DNA of 38,313 nt from a virus (IMGVR_UViG_3300027811_000002:1-38313), one strand, 5' to 3'; positions 6,772-16,145 are shown, counted from the stretch's first letter. Notes: generated by a model from the sequence alone, not told the origin. Translations and numbers: made by a program.

Positions 6772-8940
6772 ATGCTGATGAGGGCTCCGGTGGCATGGCC
6801 TATGTCCAAACGCCGCCAACGTCCGGCTCTTCCGCCCTCCGTCGCCTCGTGGAGCCGCCAACGATATGAACGCCACAAGGAACACGCTCGTGCACGCCAG
6901 GCCAGCATCTCGCGCGGCGGCCGCAACATTGGGGATATCCCGCCGTGCCGCAATGTGGAGCTCCGGGAGCTCTGCGTCAAAGACCTTCGGCTCTTCTTGT
7001 CAGAGCTTTTTCCCGAAACCTTTTTCGTTCCGTTTTCGGCCGATCATCTCACCGTCATCGCCGACCTCCAGGAGATCATCCTGCTCGGCGGCTTGAGGGC
7101 CAATGCGGTGTATCGAAGCTTCGGGAAGACCTCGATTGCCGTCCGCGCCATCATCTGGGCGGCCCTATACGGCCATCTGCCGTATCTGCCGATCCTGGGA
7201 GCTGAGCAAAGCAAGAGCGATGAGCACGTTCACAGCATCAAATCCGAGCTGGAGCTCAACGATCGTCTCCTCGATCTCTTCCCCGAATCCGTCTACCCGA
7301 TCCGCTGCCTGGAGGGGATCTCCCAACGGTGCGTCGGCCAGCTCTATAACGATGCGCCGAGCCGCATCGAGTGGCGCGGCAACAGAATCGTCCTCCCGAG
7401 CATTCCTGGCTCCGAGGCCTCGGGCGTAGTCATCGAGGCCGCGGGTATCACGAGCGCCAAGATCCGCGGACTGAGCTACACGCGGAGCGACGGCGCGGTC
7501 GTGCGCCCCGGCTTCTACCTCCTCGACGATCTCCAGACCGATCAATCGGCCGCATCGCCGATCCAGGTGCAGCGACGCCTCGACGTCGTGAGAAAGGCCA
7601 TCCTCCGAGGCAAGGGGCACTTCGGCCGGCGGCTCGCCGTCTTCGCCAACGGGACCGTCATCGAGCAGGGCGATGTCCAGGACCAGCTCCTCAACCATGA
7701 GCTTTTCCCGGCGTTCCAGGGCCGCCGCATCCCCTTGCTCAAGGCGATGCCGGCCAACCTCGATGTCTGGCTCGGCCCCTACGCGGAGCTGCGCCGCTCC
7801 TATGATCCCGCGGTGCACGGGGATCAGGAGCGCGGCCGCCAGGCCTCCACCGCCTACTACCGCGAGCATCGCGAGCAGATGGATGCCGGGGCCGTCGTCT
7901 CCTGGGACGGCTGCCACCAGGACGATGAGATTTCGGCCATCCAGCACGGCATGAACATCTACGTGGACGAGGGATCCGACGTCTTCGCCTCCGAATGCCA
8001 GCAAGCCCCCGAGGTTCAGGGAGCGTCAGAGGACGAGCAGCGCCTGACGCCCGAGGCCGTCATCGCCCGCCTGAACGGCCTCCGGCAACGCCAGCTGCGG
8101 CTCGGCCGCCACACGCTCGTCGGCCACGTCGACCTCCACGACAAGCTCCTGACCTGGACGCTTGTCGCGTTCGCCGACGACTGGACCTCGGAGATCGTGG
8201 ATTACGGCGTGCATCCCGAGCAGGGCCGCCGCTACTGGTCCCTGCGCGACGCACACCACAGTCTGCGGCATCGCGCCCGCGGAGCCGGCCTGGAGGCGGC
8301 CATCCAGGCCGGCCTCACGGAGCTCTGCCAGCAGCTCCTCGCGCTGCGCTGTCCCGCCGACAGCGGCGAGGAGATGCCCGCCAAGGCCATCGGCATCGAC
8401 AGCGGCTACAAGCCGGACATCGTGCGCAATGTCGTCGCGGCGCTCCGCGATCCCCGCCTCGTCCCCACGCGGGGCCATGGCGTGAAGGCCATCAACAAAC
8501 CGATCTCCGAGTACACGCGGACGCCCGGCGCCCGGTTCGGCGACTATTGGTGGATCCCGCCGATGCACGGCAAGCGCGGGCTCAAACACGTCCTCTTCGA
8601 CGCCAACTACTGGAAGCGCTTCCTGCAAATGCGGTTCGCGACGGTTCCCGGCGATCCAGGGGCGATGACCCTCTGGGGCATCGAGCAGGGCCTCCACAAG
8701 CTCATCGCCGACCACGTGGCCAAGAGCGAGCTCGGCATCAAGGTCGAGGCCAACGGCCGCGCGGTCTACGAATACCGCCAGTTGCCGGGCAAGCCGGACA
8801 ATCACTACTTCGACAACCTCGTCGCGTGCTGCGCCCTGGCGAGCTACTGCGGCCTCAAGCTCCCTGGCGCAACGCCCGCCGCCTCCACCGGCGGCCGCCG
8901 AAAGCGTGTCCGCGGGGTCGGTATCCGATACGTTGGTTAA
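6772..8940 (+). CDS. terL: Terminase large subunit (GpA-like)
   Basis: Walker A-like YRSFGKTS, Walker B YLLDDLQ, nuclease motifs GHVDLH, GIDSGY and DNHYFD. Start could be ATG6802. Confidence 0.88.
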   Translation: MLMRAPVAWPMSKRRQRPALPPSVASWSRQRYERHKEHARARQASISRGGRNIGDIPPCRNVELRELCVKDLRLFLSELFPETFFVPFSADHLTVIADLQEIILLGGLRANAVYRSFGKTSIAVRAIIWAALYGHLPYLPILGAEQSKSDEHVHSIKSELELNDRLLDLFPESVYPIRCLEGISQRCVGQLYNDAPSRIEWRGNRIVLPSIPGSEASGVVIEAAGITSAKIRGLSYTRSDGAVVRPGFYLLDDLQTDQSAASPIQVQRRLDVVRKAILRGKGHFGRRLAVFANGTVIEQGDVQDQLLNHELFPAFQGRRIPLLKAMPANLDVWLGPYAELRRSYDPAVHGDQERGRQASTAYYREHREQMDAGAVVSWDGCHQDDEISAIQHGMNIYVDEGSDVFASECQQAPEVQGASEDEQRLTPEAVIARLNGLRQRQLRLGRHTLVGHVDLHDKLLTWTLVAFADDWTSEIVDYGVHPEQGRRYWSLRDAHHSLRHRARGAGLEAAIQAGLTELCQQLLALRCPADSGEEMPAKAIGIDSGYKPDIVRNVVAALRDPRLVPTRGHGVKAINKPISEYTRTPGARFGDYWWIPPMHGKRGLKHVLFDANYWKRFLQMRFATVPGDPGAMTLWGIEQGLHKLIADHVAKSELGIKVEANGRAVYEYRQLPGKPDNHYFDNLVACCALASYCGLKLPGATPAASTGGRRKRVRGVGIRYVG

Positions 8941-8952
8941 GGAATCAGAGCC

Positions 8953-9750
8953 ATGCACTCGATCATCATCCCGCACAGAAACCGCGTGCCTCATCTGGCG
9001 GCCTGCCTCTGGTCCATTCATCACGGCGCCGAATTGCTCGGCCTGCGTCTCGGCGTCGACCTCGAGATTCTCGTGGTCCACGCCGGCCCCATCAGCGACT
9101 TGCCCGTCGCTCTCTGGGACCAGGCGAGCTTTGTGGCTCATCGGGCGCCCATGCCCGTCTTCAACAAATCCCTCCTCCTGAACCTGGGCATCGAGGCCTC
9201 CCACGGCGAGGTCCTCACATTCCTCGACGCCGATTCACTCGTCGGCAGCCTGTTCCTGGGCGGCATCGCGCTCCTCGCCAACGAGCATCTGACCCGCCTC
9301 TGCTACCGCGTGCGCTATCTCCCGGCCGGCATGGAGCGCTTCCTCGAGGATACTCACTATCGCCGGCTCCACCTCTACACCGATTTCTTCGCCGCCTACG
9401 AAAACTACCCGCGTGCATTCGAGGCCTACATCACGCCCGACTTCTCGCCGGGCGAGGGGCACGAGCCAGTCGACCACCCCGTCTTCGGCAATTCGCAGTT
9501 CTCCGTCCGCCGCGACGTCCTGGGCGATCTGCGCTTCGACGAGGGCTTTGTGGGACGCGGCTTCGAGGATATCGACTTCGCCCGCCGCCAGTGGCAGCGC
9601 GAGGACGCCAGGGGCCGCTATTACGCACGGATCCTCACCGATGCCGACCACGCCATCCTCCAGTTCCGCCATCCCTACGCCACCGATTGGCGCACGGATG
9701 GCATCACCGAGGCCAACCTGAGGAGATTCAAGGATGCCTCCCGACGCTGA
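8953..9750 (+). CDS. GT-A glycosyltransferase (GT2/GT7-like)
   Basis: SIIIPHRNR, FNKSLLLNLG, DxD motif LTFLDAD, FDEGFVGRGFEDIDF. Confidence 0.9.
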   Translation: MHSIIIPHRNRVPHLAACLWSIHHGAELLGLRLGVDLEILVVHAGPISDLPVALWDQASFVAHRAPMPVFNKSLLLNLGIEASHGEVLTFLDADSLVGSLFLGGIALLANEHLTRLCYRVRYLPAGMERFLEDTHYRRLHLYTDFFAAYENYPRAFEAYITPDFSPGEGHEPVDHPVFGNSQFSVRRDVLGDLRFDEGFVGRGFEDIDFARRQWQREDARGRYYARILTDADHAILQFRHPYATDWRTDGITEANLRRFKDASRR

Positions 9751-11122
9751 GAATCGAAAACAGGGAGTGATCTTCGCCATCGAGAGCTTCCGAAGGCACA
9801 TGGACAGCGGCCGTTGGCTCTTCCAGCAAGGGATGGAGGAGCAGGGCTATCTCTCGGCCGGCGGCTCGATGCCGCCGCCAGGCATCGCCTGCGACGACGT
9901 GGCCGCGCTCGTCGACGCCTGGAATGCGCCCGTCGCCATCATGTGGCCCCGCTACGAGTGGGATCCGGCCCTCTGGAAGGGGGCGCCGCTCCCTCGGGAC
10001 GCTTGCTTCCGAAACATCGGGGAACTCGCGGCCCGCGACGACGTGCTCCGCGTCGCCGTGCTCCACGATGCCGGCTCCGAACGCGAGAGCCAGCGGGCCT
10101 GGCACGAGGAATTTCGGCCGCACGTCTACCTCTGCTGGTACCACGAACGGTCGGTGATGGCCCTGGCTCCTCACGTGCCTCGCGAGAGGATCGTCAGGAC
10201 GTACCACGTCATTCAAGGCAGGGATGTCCCACAGGTCTGCCCGCGGCGGGGCGTCGGTGTCGTGAGCGGAGCCAGAAATCACGAGATCTACCCATTTCGG
10301 ACCGCAGCCATCGAGGCCGCCGAGTCCGGTCCTCTGGGGTTCACGGTGCACTATCTCAAGCATCCGGGCTATCACCAGAAAGGCGCCCAAAGCGCAGGCT
10401 ACATCCACTTTCTCAGCAGATATCGCGTTGCCATCTGCTCGGCGAGTGTCTACGGATTCGCCCTCAAGAAGCACATTGAGGCGACCGCCGCGGGCTGCCG
10501 CGTCATCACCGATCTGCCAAACTACGACTGCCTGCCGGGGATCGACGGGAACTTCCTCCGCGTCTCCCCGAACATCACAATGCGCGAGCTGCACGATATC
10601 GTGGAGGCCCTGGCAGCCGACTGGGACCTCGAGCGGCAGCAGGCCTACGCCCGAGCGGCCGTGCAACGCTATGACTACCTCTTCGAGTGCGCCCGCCTGG
10701 CCAAGGAGCTGGCCGCCCAATCGCATCGCCTCGCAAAATGCCCTGCCCTCGCCATGCCGCAGCGCGCACCGGCTCCTGTCAAGGCCGTGGAGATCGAGCC
10801 GACAGAGCCAACGCTGGCTCTCCAGGAGCTTCGCTCACTTTTCGAAAGCACGCCGGCTGGCCCGCCGCCGTTATCCAATGAGCAGAGCGAGGAGGAACGC
10901 GCCGAGGAGAGCTACGAACAACTCGTCCAGGCCTACGAGGCCTGGCAGGCGGCGACGGGCCGTCTGGAGGCGGCTCTTGGCCGGATCGGCTCTGGCGTGA
11001 GTGTCAAGGAACACGCGGCGCTGGAGGCTGCCCGAGCCTCGATCGATGGCATCCGTTCCATCGGCTTCGTCGAGGGATGGCGGGCACACGGCCGCAACGC
11101 CGAGAAAGGCCAGCAAGCATGA
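9734..11122 (+). CDS. Probable GT-B glycosyltransferase (CgeB/Glyco_trans_1_2-like) with acidic helical C-terminal extension
   Basis: YPFR...YIHFLSRYRVAIC...KKHIEATAAGCRVITD resembles the GT-B nucleotide-binding signature. Confidence 0.7.
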   Translation: MPPDAENRKQGVIFAIESFRRHMDSGRWLFQQGMEEQGYLSAGGSMPPPGIACDDVAALVDAWNAPVAIMWPRYEWDPALWKGAPLPRDACFRNIGELAARDDVLRVAVLHDAGSERESQRAWHEEFRPHVYLCWYHERSVMALAPHVPRERIVRTYHVIQGRDVPQVCPRRGVGVVSGARNHEIYPFRTAAIEAAESGPLGFTVHYLKHPGYHQKGAQSAGYIHFLSRYRVAICSASVYGFALKKHIEATAAGCRVITDLPNYDCLPGIDGNFLRVSPNITMRELHDIVEALAADWDLERQQAYARAAVQRYDYLFECARLAKELAAQSHRLAKCPALAMPQRAPAPVKAVEIEPTEPTLALQELRSLFESTPAGPPPLSNEQSEEERAEESYEQLVQAYEAWQAATGRLEAALGRIGSGVSVKEHAALEAARASIDGIRSIGFVEGWRAHGRNAEKGQQA

Positions 11123-11976
11123 TCCCGCCCGGTGAGCAGTGGTGCATTCAGATCGATGTGACGAACGCCTGCCCGCGGCGATGTTCCAATTGCACGCGGA
11201 TGCTCGCCCACTCGCTCACGACCTGGCACATGCCCGTGGAGGTCTTCGAGCGAGCCGTGCACGCCCTGGCGGACTTCCCGCTCGAGAGCCCGCCGGACCG
11301 CCAGGGTCGCGTGAAGCGCATCGGCATTATCGGCGGCGAACCGCTCCTCCACCCCGACTTCCATTCGCTCTGCCGCCTGCTGGCCGAGGCCGTCCCGGAC
11401 CCCAGACACCGCGGGCTGTGGACCGGCCTCCACTGGCAGTCGCACCCCCACCGCGAGATCGTCGAGGAAACGTTCCCCCCGGGCATCGCCTATATCAATC
11501 CGAACGATCATAGCGGCCAGGTCTACCACCATCCGGTGCTCGTCGCATCGAGGGATGTGCTCGGCGACACGCCAGAGCTCTGGAGCGCAATCCAGGCCTG
11601 CGAACTCCAGGAGCTTTGGTCCGGCACCATCACGCCGAAAGGCTTCTTCTTCTGCGAGGTCGCCGGCGCGTTCGACATGGTTTTCGGCGGTCCGGGCGGC
11701 GTGCCCATCGAGCCGGGCTGTTGGGCGCACGGTCTGGACGCCTATCGGGCGCAGATGCTGGAATGGTGCCCGCGATGCGGCATGTGCCTCCGCGAGCTTG
11801 GCAAGCGCCGCGACCGCGAGGGCCGCGACGATATCAGCGGCACGAACCTGTCTCTGCTCCGCGCCCTCGGGAGCCCGAGGGTCCTCCGCGGCGACTACGT
11901 TCCCTATCAGGCGGAGGCTTCCGCTGCCGGACCGTTCCAGGGCGCGAGCTCTATCAACTACCTGAAGGGCCATTAA
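11119..11976 (+). CDS. Radical SAM protein
   Basis: IDVTNACPRRCSNC (CxxxCxxC), IIGGEPLLHP, C-terminal Cys cluster (CELQ, FFFCE, CPRCGMC); ATGA coupling. Confidence 0.9.
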   Translation: MIPPGEQWCIQIDVTNACPRRCSNCTRMLAHSLTTWHMPVEVFERAVHALADFPLESPPDRQGRVKRIGIIGGEPLLHPDFHSLCRLLAEAVPDPRHRGLWTGLHWQSHPHREIVEETFPPGIAYINPNDHSGQVYHHPVLVASRDVLGDTPELWSAIQACELQELWSGTITPKGFFFCEVAGAFDMVFGGPGGVPIEPGCWAHGLDAYRAQMLEWCPRCGMCLRELGKRRDREGRDDISGTNLSLLRALGSPRVLRGDYVPYQAEASAAGPFQGASSINYLKGH

Positions 11977-11978
11977 CC

Positions 11979-12608
11979 ATGCCTGACTACTCGGTTGCCG
12001 AGCTGCTCGCAGAGACGCCCGAGAGCATCGCCGCCGGCCGCATGGGCGATTACAGTCTGACCGAACGCGACATGCGGGTCGCCCTGGCGCTCTTTCGCAT
12101 GCGGAGGCCGGCCGTGATCCTCGAGGTCGGCTGTTGCTGGGGCAACACGGCGGGCTTCATCCTGGATCACTGCGGCTTCATCCGCTCGTGGTATGGCGTG
12201 GATTTGGAGCCGGAGCTTTTTCCCCAGCGCGGCATCGTGCCCGAGCGCGCCGGCCACCTGGCCGCCCACGACACTCGCTTCCGCCTCCTGCTCACCGACG
12301 AATCGCCCGAGGATCTTCAATCACAGCTCCGCTTCCTGCCGACTTTCGACGCGATCCTGTTGGACGCCAACCACGACGCCGGCCCGACGCAGCGGGACAC
12401 GGAGGCCTGCGAACCGTTCGCCGCCGACCATTGCCTCTGGCTCTGGCACGATTACGGCGTCGACAGCCGGCAGCATCCCGCCGGCAAGCCGTTCGGCGTC
12501 AAGGCCTACCTGGACGGCCTCATTCGCTCTGGGCGCGAGATCATGACGCCAGACGAAGCCGACCGCGATCCCTGGCGCTGTTGCTCACTCGCATGGGAGA
12601 TCCGCTGA
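11979..12608 (+). CDS. Class I SAM-dependent methyltransferase (Methyltransf_24-like)
   Basis: ILEVGCCWGNT, YGVD, FDAILLDANH, WLWHDY. Confidence 0.85.
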   Translation: MPDYSVAELLAETPESIAAGRMGDYSLTERDMRVALALFRMRRPAVILEVGCCWGNTAGFILDHCGFIRSWYGVDLEPELFPQRGIVPERAGHLAAHDTRFRLLLTDESPEDLQSQLRFLPTFDAILLDANHDAGPTQRDTEACEPFAADHCLWLWHDYGVDSRQHPAGKPFGVKAYLDGLIRSGREIMTPDEADRDPWRCCSLAWEIR

Positions 12609-13222
12609 TGACTCAGCAGAAATGGCTGCTTTCGCTCTTCGGCGACCGTCCCGGCTATTTCGTCGAGGCCGGCGCGCACGATGGCATCGGCGATTCCCAG
12701 ACCAAGTGGCTCGAGGACCGGGGCTGGACGGGAATCTGCGTCGAGCCCTCCTCCGCCTTCGGCCTCCTCGCGCGGAGCCGACGATGCCGCGTAGACTCGC
12801 GCTGCCTCTGGTCGGCCGATGGCCAGGCGGTGAGATTCTGGGAGGTGGCCGGGAATGGCATCGAGCTGAGCGGCGTGGCCGGCTGCTTCGCCGATGCCTG
12901 GGACCGATCTAAGGGCAGGAGCGTCCAGAAGCTCACCGTCACCCTCAAGACACTTCTCGCTGAACACAACGCTCCGCCCGTCTTCGAGTACCTCTGCCTC
13001 GACACCGAGGGCTCCGAGCTGGAGATCCTGGGAGCCCACGACTTCACGAGCTACCGATTTCTCGCGGCAAGCATCGAGCACAATGGCGTCGAGCCGAAGC
13101 GGACCCTCACACGGCGCCTGCTGGCGGATCTCGGATATGCCCTCGAGGCGCGGAACCCCTACCCGATCGAGGACTGGTTTGTCGATCTCTCCCTGGTCTC
13201 GGAGCCCGGCCATGGAGTATGA
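12608..13222 (+). CDS. FkbM-family methyltransferase
   Basis: GYFVEAGAHDGIGDSQT, GWTGICVEP, YLCLDTEGSELEIL, IEHN, EDWF; TGATG coupling. Confidence 0.9.
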   Translation: MTQQKWLLSLFGDRPGYFVEAGAHDGIGDSQTKWLEDRGWTGICVEPSSAFGLLARSRRCRVDSRCLWSADGQAVRFWEVAGNGIELSGVAGCFADAWDRSKGRSVQKLTVTLKTLLAEHNAPPVFEYLCLDTEGSELEILGAHDFTSYRFLAASIEHNGVEPKRTLTRRLLADLGYALEARNPYPIEDWFVDLSLVSEPGHGV

Positions 13223-14321
13223 GATGATCACGGCTCGGGCTGGCGATCTCTTGCCGGGCGCTTGGTGGCAGGCCGATCCGACTACGTGCGCGGAAATCAA
13301 CTGGGCGCCTTACGAGGAGAGCTTCCGCGTCCTGATCGCCAACCCGGACGCCACGGGCGACGAGCTGCCCCTCTGCCAGCCGTGGCAGGCCTGGTGCAAG
13401 CGGCGCTTCGGCTACGTCCCGACTGGCACGGAACTGCCGAGCAAGGGGGGCCTCTGGGCCTGGAGCTACATGGAGGAGGCCATGAAGCGGCTCCTGAAAG
13501 GCTTCCAGGAGCACGGTGGCTTCGATCCCGATCGCAAGCTCACCGCGGAGTGGCCGATCCGCATCGTCATCGAGGGCAACGGCCGCCTTCTCGTCTCCGC
13601 CGGGAACAAGCGCGTCGCCCTCATCCGCGTGCTGCACGGCCTCGACCACGAGCTCCAGGTCGGCATCCACCATCGCGACGACGCCTGGCGGGCTCACCGC
13701 CGCATCCTGATGAGCATCTGCGGCGGCAACCCGCAGCTCTATCAACCTCTCCCGCATCCCGACTTCGCCTCCTGGACCGTATCGCAACCGTGCGTCGAGC
13801 GATGGGCGATGATGGCGGAATTCCTCGGCGAGGCGTGGAAGGGCTCCGTCCTGGACCTCGGCTGCCACACCGGCTGGTTCTGCCGGGCCTTCGCCGAGGC
13901 GGGGAGCACGGCTCTCGGCGTGGACGAGAACTACAACGCCCTGGTCATCGCCGAGATCATGAGCCGCTTCCGCCACGATGGCCGGCCAAGCCCACGCTAC
14001 CTCTGCGCGGATCTCAACGACTTCCTGCTGTCGAACCGAGAGAGCTTCGATGTCTGCCTTTATCTCAGCACGATCATGCACACCTTCCAGCGCGACGGGG
14101 CGGAATGCACCTGGGCTGGGCTGCGCCAGGTCTCGGCACTCTGCCCGATCCTGTTCCTCGATTGCGTCTGGGGAGGCTACTCAGAGCATCTCCCGTTCAC
14201 ACCGGACACCCTCGGCGAAGCCATTATGACTCACACCGACTACAAGCACTGCCGCCTGCTCGGCCTCACGCAGCACGAGGCCCGCCCCTTCTACGTTTTC
14301 ACGCGAGAGGAGCCATCATGA
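13212..14321 (+). CDS. ParB/Srx-like domain fused to a class I SAM methyltransferase
   Basis: N-half RLLKGFQEHGGF...PIRIVIEGNGRLLVSAGNKRVA; C-half SVLDLGCHTGWF, LGVD, FDVCLYLSTIMH. Confidence 0.78.
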   Translation: MEYEMITARAGDLLPGAWWQADPTTCAEINWAPYEESFRVLIANPDATGDELPLCQPWQAWCKRRFGYVPTGTELPSKGGLWAWSYMEEAMKRLLKGFQEHGGFDPDRKLTAEWPIRIVIEGNGRLLVSAGNKRVALIRVLHGLDHELQVGIHHRDDAWRAHRRILMSICGGNPQLYQPLPHPDFASWTVSQPCVERWAMMAEFLGEAWKGSVLDLGCHTGWFCRAFAEAGSTALGVDENYNALVIAEIMSRFRHDGRPSPRYLCADLNDFLLSNRESFDVCLYLSTIMHTFQRDGAECTWAGLRQVSALCPILFLDCVWGGYSEHLPFTPDTLGEAIMTHTDYKHCRLLGLTQHEARPFYVFTREEPS

Positions 14322-15082
14322 ACGCCTCCCGACTCGACGCCGATGGGATTCCGCGATCTCGCCACGCCGAGATCGAGATCAATACGAGCTGCGATTGCCT
14401 GTGCCCGTGCTGCGACCGCTTCGTCGACGTCGCGCCGACGAGCGACATGACCCTCGAGCAGGTGAAGCACTTCGTCCGCGAATCGCTCGAGCTCGATTGG
14501 GAGTGGGGCCGCATCCACGTCCTCGGAGGCGAGCCGACCCTCCATCCCGAGTTCCTCGCCATCCTGGAGGAACTGCTGCGCTACCGCGAGAGGCACCCGA
14601 GTCTGCTCCTTCGCGTCATCAGCAACGGCAGCGGCAAGCTCGCCCGCTACCGCCAGTGGCTCCAGGAGCACGGGATCGTGCTCAACGTCGAGAGCAAGGC
14701 GGGCGGCCGCCGACTCCCGCCCTGGTTCTGCAACATGTGGCTCGCGCCGCAAGATCAACCCGGCGCCGTGCCCGGGGAGCCCGTGGAGCCCTGCGCCATC
14801 TTTGGCATCGAGGGCTGCGGCCTCGGCATCACCAAGCACGGGATTTTCCTCTGCGGCGCGGGCGCGGCCATCGCCCGAGTCGTCGGCCTCGATATCGGCG
14901 TCCAGCATCTCTCGCAGGTCACCTATGCCCTGATGCTCGATCAGGCTCGGGAGCTCTGCCACCTCTGCGGCCACACGCTCGGGATCCCAGCCACCGAGGG
15001 GCTGAGGAGATCTCCCTTCTGGGAGGCCGCAATCGCGAACTACCAGGCCGCCCCACCTCGCATGTCCCTCTATGGAGGATAG
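14318..15082 (+). CDS. Radical SAM protein (second copy)
   Basis: IEINTSCDCLCPCC (CxxxCxxC), VLGGEPTLHP, ISNG, C-terminal PC...GC...FLC...LCHLC; ATGA coupling. Confidence 0.9.
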   Translation: MNASRLDADGIPRSRHAEIEINTSCDCLCPCCDRFVDVAPTSDMTLEQVKHFVRESLELDWEWGRIHVLGGEPTLHPEFLAILEELLRYRERHPSLLLRVISNGSGKLARYRQWLQEHGIVLNVESKAGGRRLPPWFCNMWLAPQDQPGAVPGEPVEPCAIFGIEGCGLGITKHGIFLCGAGAAIARVVGLDIGVQHLSQVTYALMLDQARELCHLCGHTLGIPATEGLRRSPFWEAAIANYQAAPPRMSLYGG

Positions 15083-15083
15083 C

Positions 15084-15800
15084 ATGAATGCCCTCACCGT
15101 CTGTGTCGAGTTCGACGACCTGCTGGCTATCACGTTGGCGCAGAATCGTCGGCACTTCGACCGGTTCCTCGTCATCACGTCGCTGAGGGACGAGGCAACC
15201 GTCGCGGTCGCAAAGCAGTTCGATGCCGAATGGCTTTGCACGGATGCATTCTTCACCGAGGGCGCCCCGTTCGCCAAGGGCTTGGCCGTCGAGGAGGGCT
15301 TCGAAACGCTCGGCCGCCAGGGCTGGATCTGCGTCCTCGATGCCGACGTTATCCTGCCGCCGGGGCCGGACTGGCTCAGCCTGCGCTACGGCAATCTCTA
15401 CGGCCCGCGGCGGCGTCTCTACAAGGACGCCTCGCGGCCGATTCCGAGTGGCCTGGATTGGTCCACACTGCCGCGCGTGCGCGACACTGAGCTGGCCGGC
15501 TACTGCCAGATCTTCCACGCCTCCGATCCCGTGCTGCGGGCGCGCCGGCCCTGGTACGGCATCCGCTGGCGGCATGCCGGCGGATGCGACAGCGACTTCC
15601 AGGCACTGTGGCCGGCCAGGAACCGGTTGCGGCCCGCCTGGGAGGTCCTGCATCTAGGCGATCATGGGGAGAATTGGTGCGGCCGCTCTTCGCCTCGCAC
15701 TGACGGAACTCTGCCTCCGAGAGCCGCCGAGCGGGCGCAGGCACTCGCCACGCTGCGAGAGGAGCGCAAGACCTACGGCTACTTGAAGGAGCTGTTCTGA
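15084..15800 (+). CDS. GT-A glycosyltransferase-like protein
   Basis: GGAGG SD; LTVCVEFDDLL, FAKGLAV, DxD motif WICVLDADVILP, GYCQIF, AGGCDSDF, VLHLG. Confidence 0.8.
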   Translation: MNALTVCVEFDDLLAITLAQNRRHFDRFLVITSLRDEATVAVAKQFDAEWLCTDAFFTEGAPFAKGLAVEEGFETLGRQGWICVLDADVILPPGPDWLSLRYGNLYGPRRRLYKDASRPIPSGLDWSTLPRVRDTELAGYCQIFHASDPVLRARRPWYGIRWRHAGGCDSDFQALWPARNRLRPAWEVLHLGDHGENWCGRSSPRTDGTLPPRAAERAQALATLREERKTYGYLKELF

Positions 15801-16030
15801 TGACGCGAAAGAAGGCCGAGCCGAGGCCGAGCGTGCGGAGCTTCTGCCTCCCCGCGAAGTGCCCCAACTGCGGCGGCACGGAAACGAAGGTCGAGCGAAC
15901 ATTGGCTTCGCTCGAGCACGGCGGCACGGAGGCCATTACGGGCCGGCCCTACAGCCGCGTGGACATGCGCGTCCGCTCTTGCCCGTGCGGCCAATGCTTC
16001 ACCGAGCGCGAGTTCATCTTGAGCGATTGA
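15800..16030 (+). CDS. Small zinc-ribbon protein (Ogr/Com-like regulator candidate)
   Basis: 76 aa with KCPNCG...RSCPCGQCF; TGATG coupling; precedes the head operon. Confidence 0.65.
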   Translation: MTRKKAEPRPSVRSFCLPAKCPNCGGTETKVERTLASLEHGGTEAITGRPYSRVDMRVRSCPCGQCFTEREFILSD

Positions 16031-16069
16031 GGCCATTCGGCAGAAATAGCATGTTTCTCCAGCCGTCTC

Positions 16070-16099
16070 TTGATCCGGCCTGGGAGAGCCGAGTAGAAT
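16070..16099 (+). promoter_or_regulatory. Possible promoter for the head/tail operon
   Basis: TTGATC, 18-bp spacer, TAGAAT, in an intergenic gap. Confidence 0.4.
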
Positions 16100-16145
16100 A
16101 GCCGCCGTCGAGGCTGGTGCGCACCCGCCTTGAGACCACACAACG

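Noticed and set aside
7995-9770. Long alternative-frame and antisense ORFs (e.g. 7995-9770, 16311-18131, 19142-20689, 29254-30561)
   Set aside because: Arg/Pro/Ala-rich shadow ORFs expected in high-GC DNA, overlapping well-supported genes.
8953-15800. Gtr-type O-antigen conversion or 7-deazaguanine (Dpd/Que) cluster
   Set aside because: No membrane flippase or polytopic transferase, and no recognisable FolE, QueC, QueD or DpdA/TGT genes.
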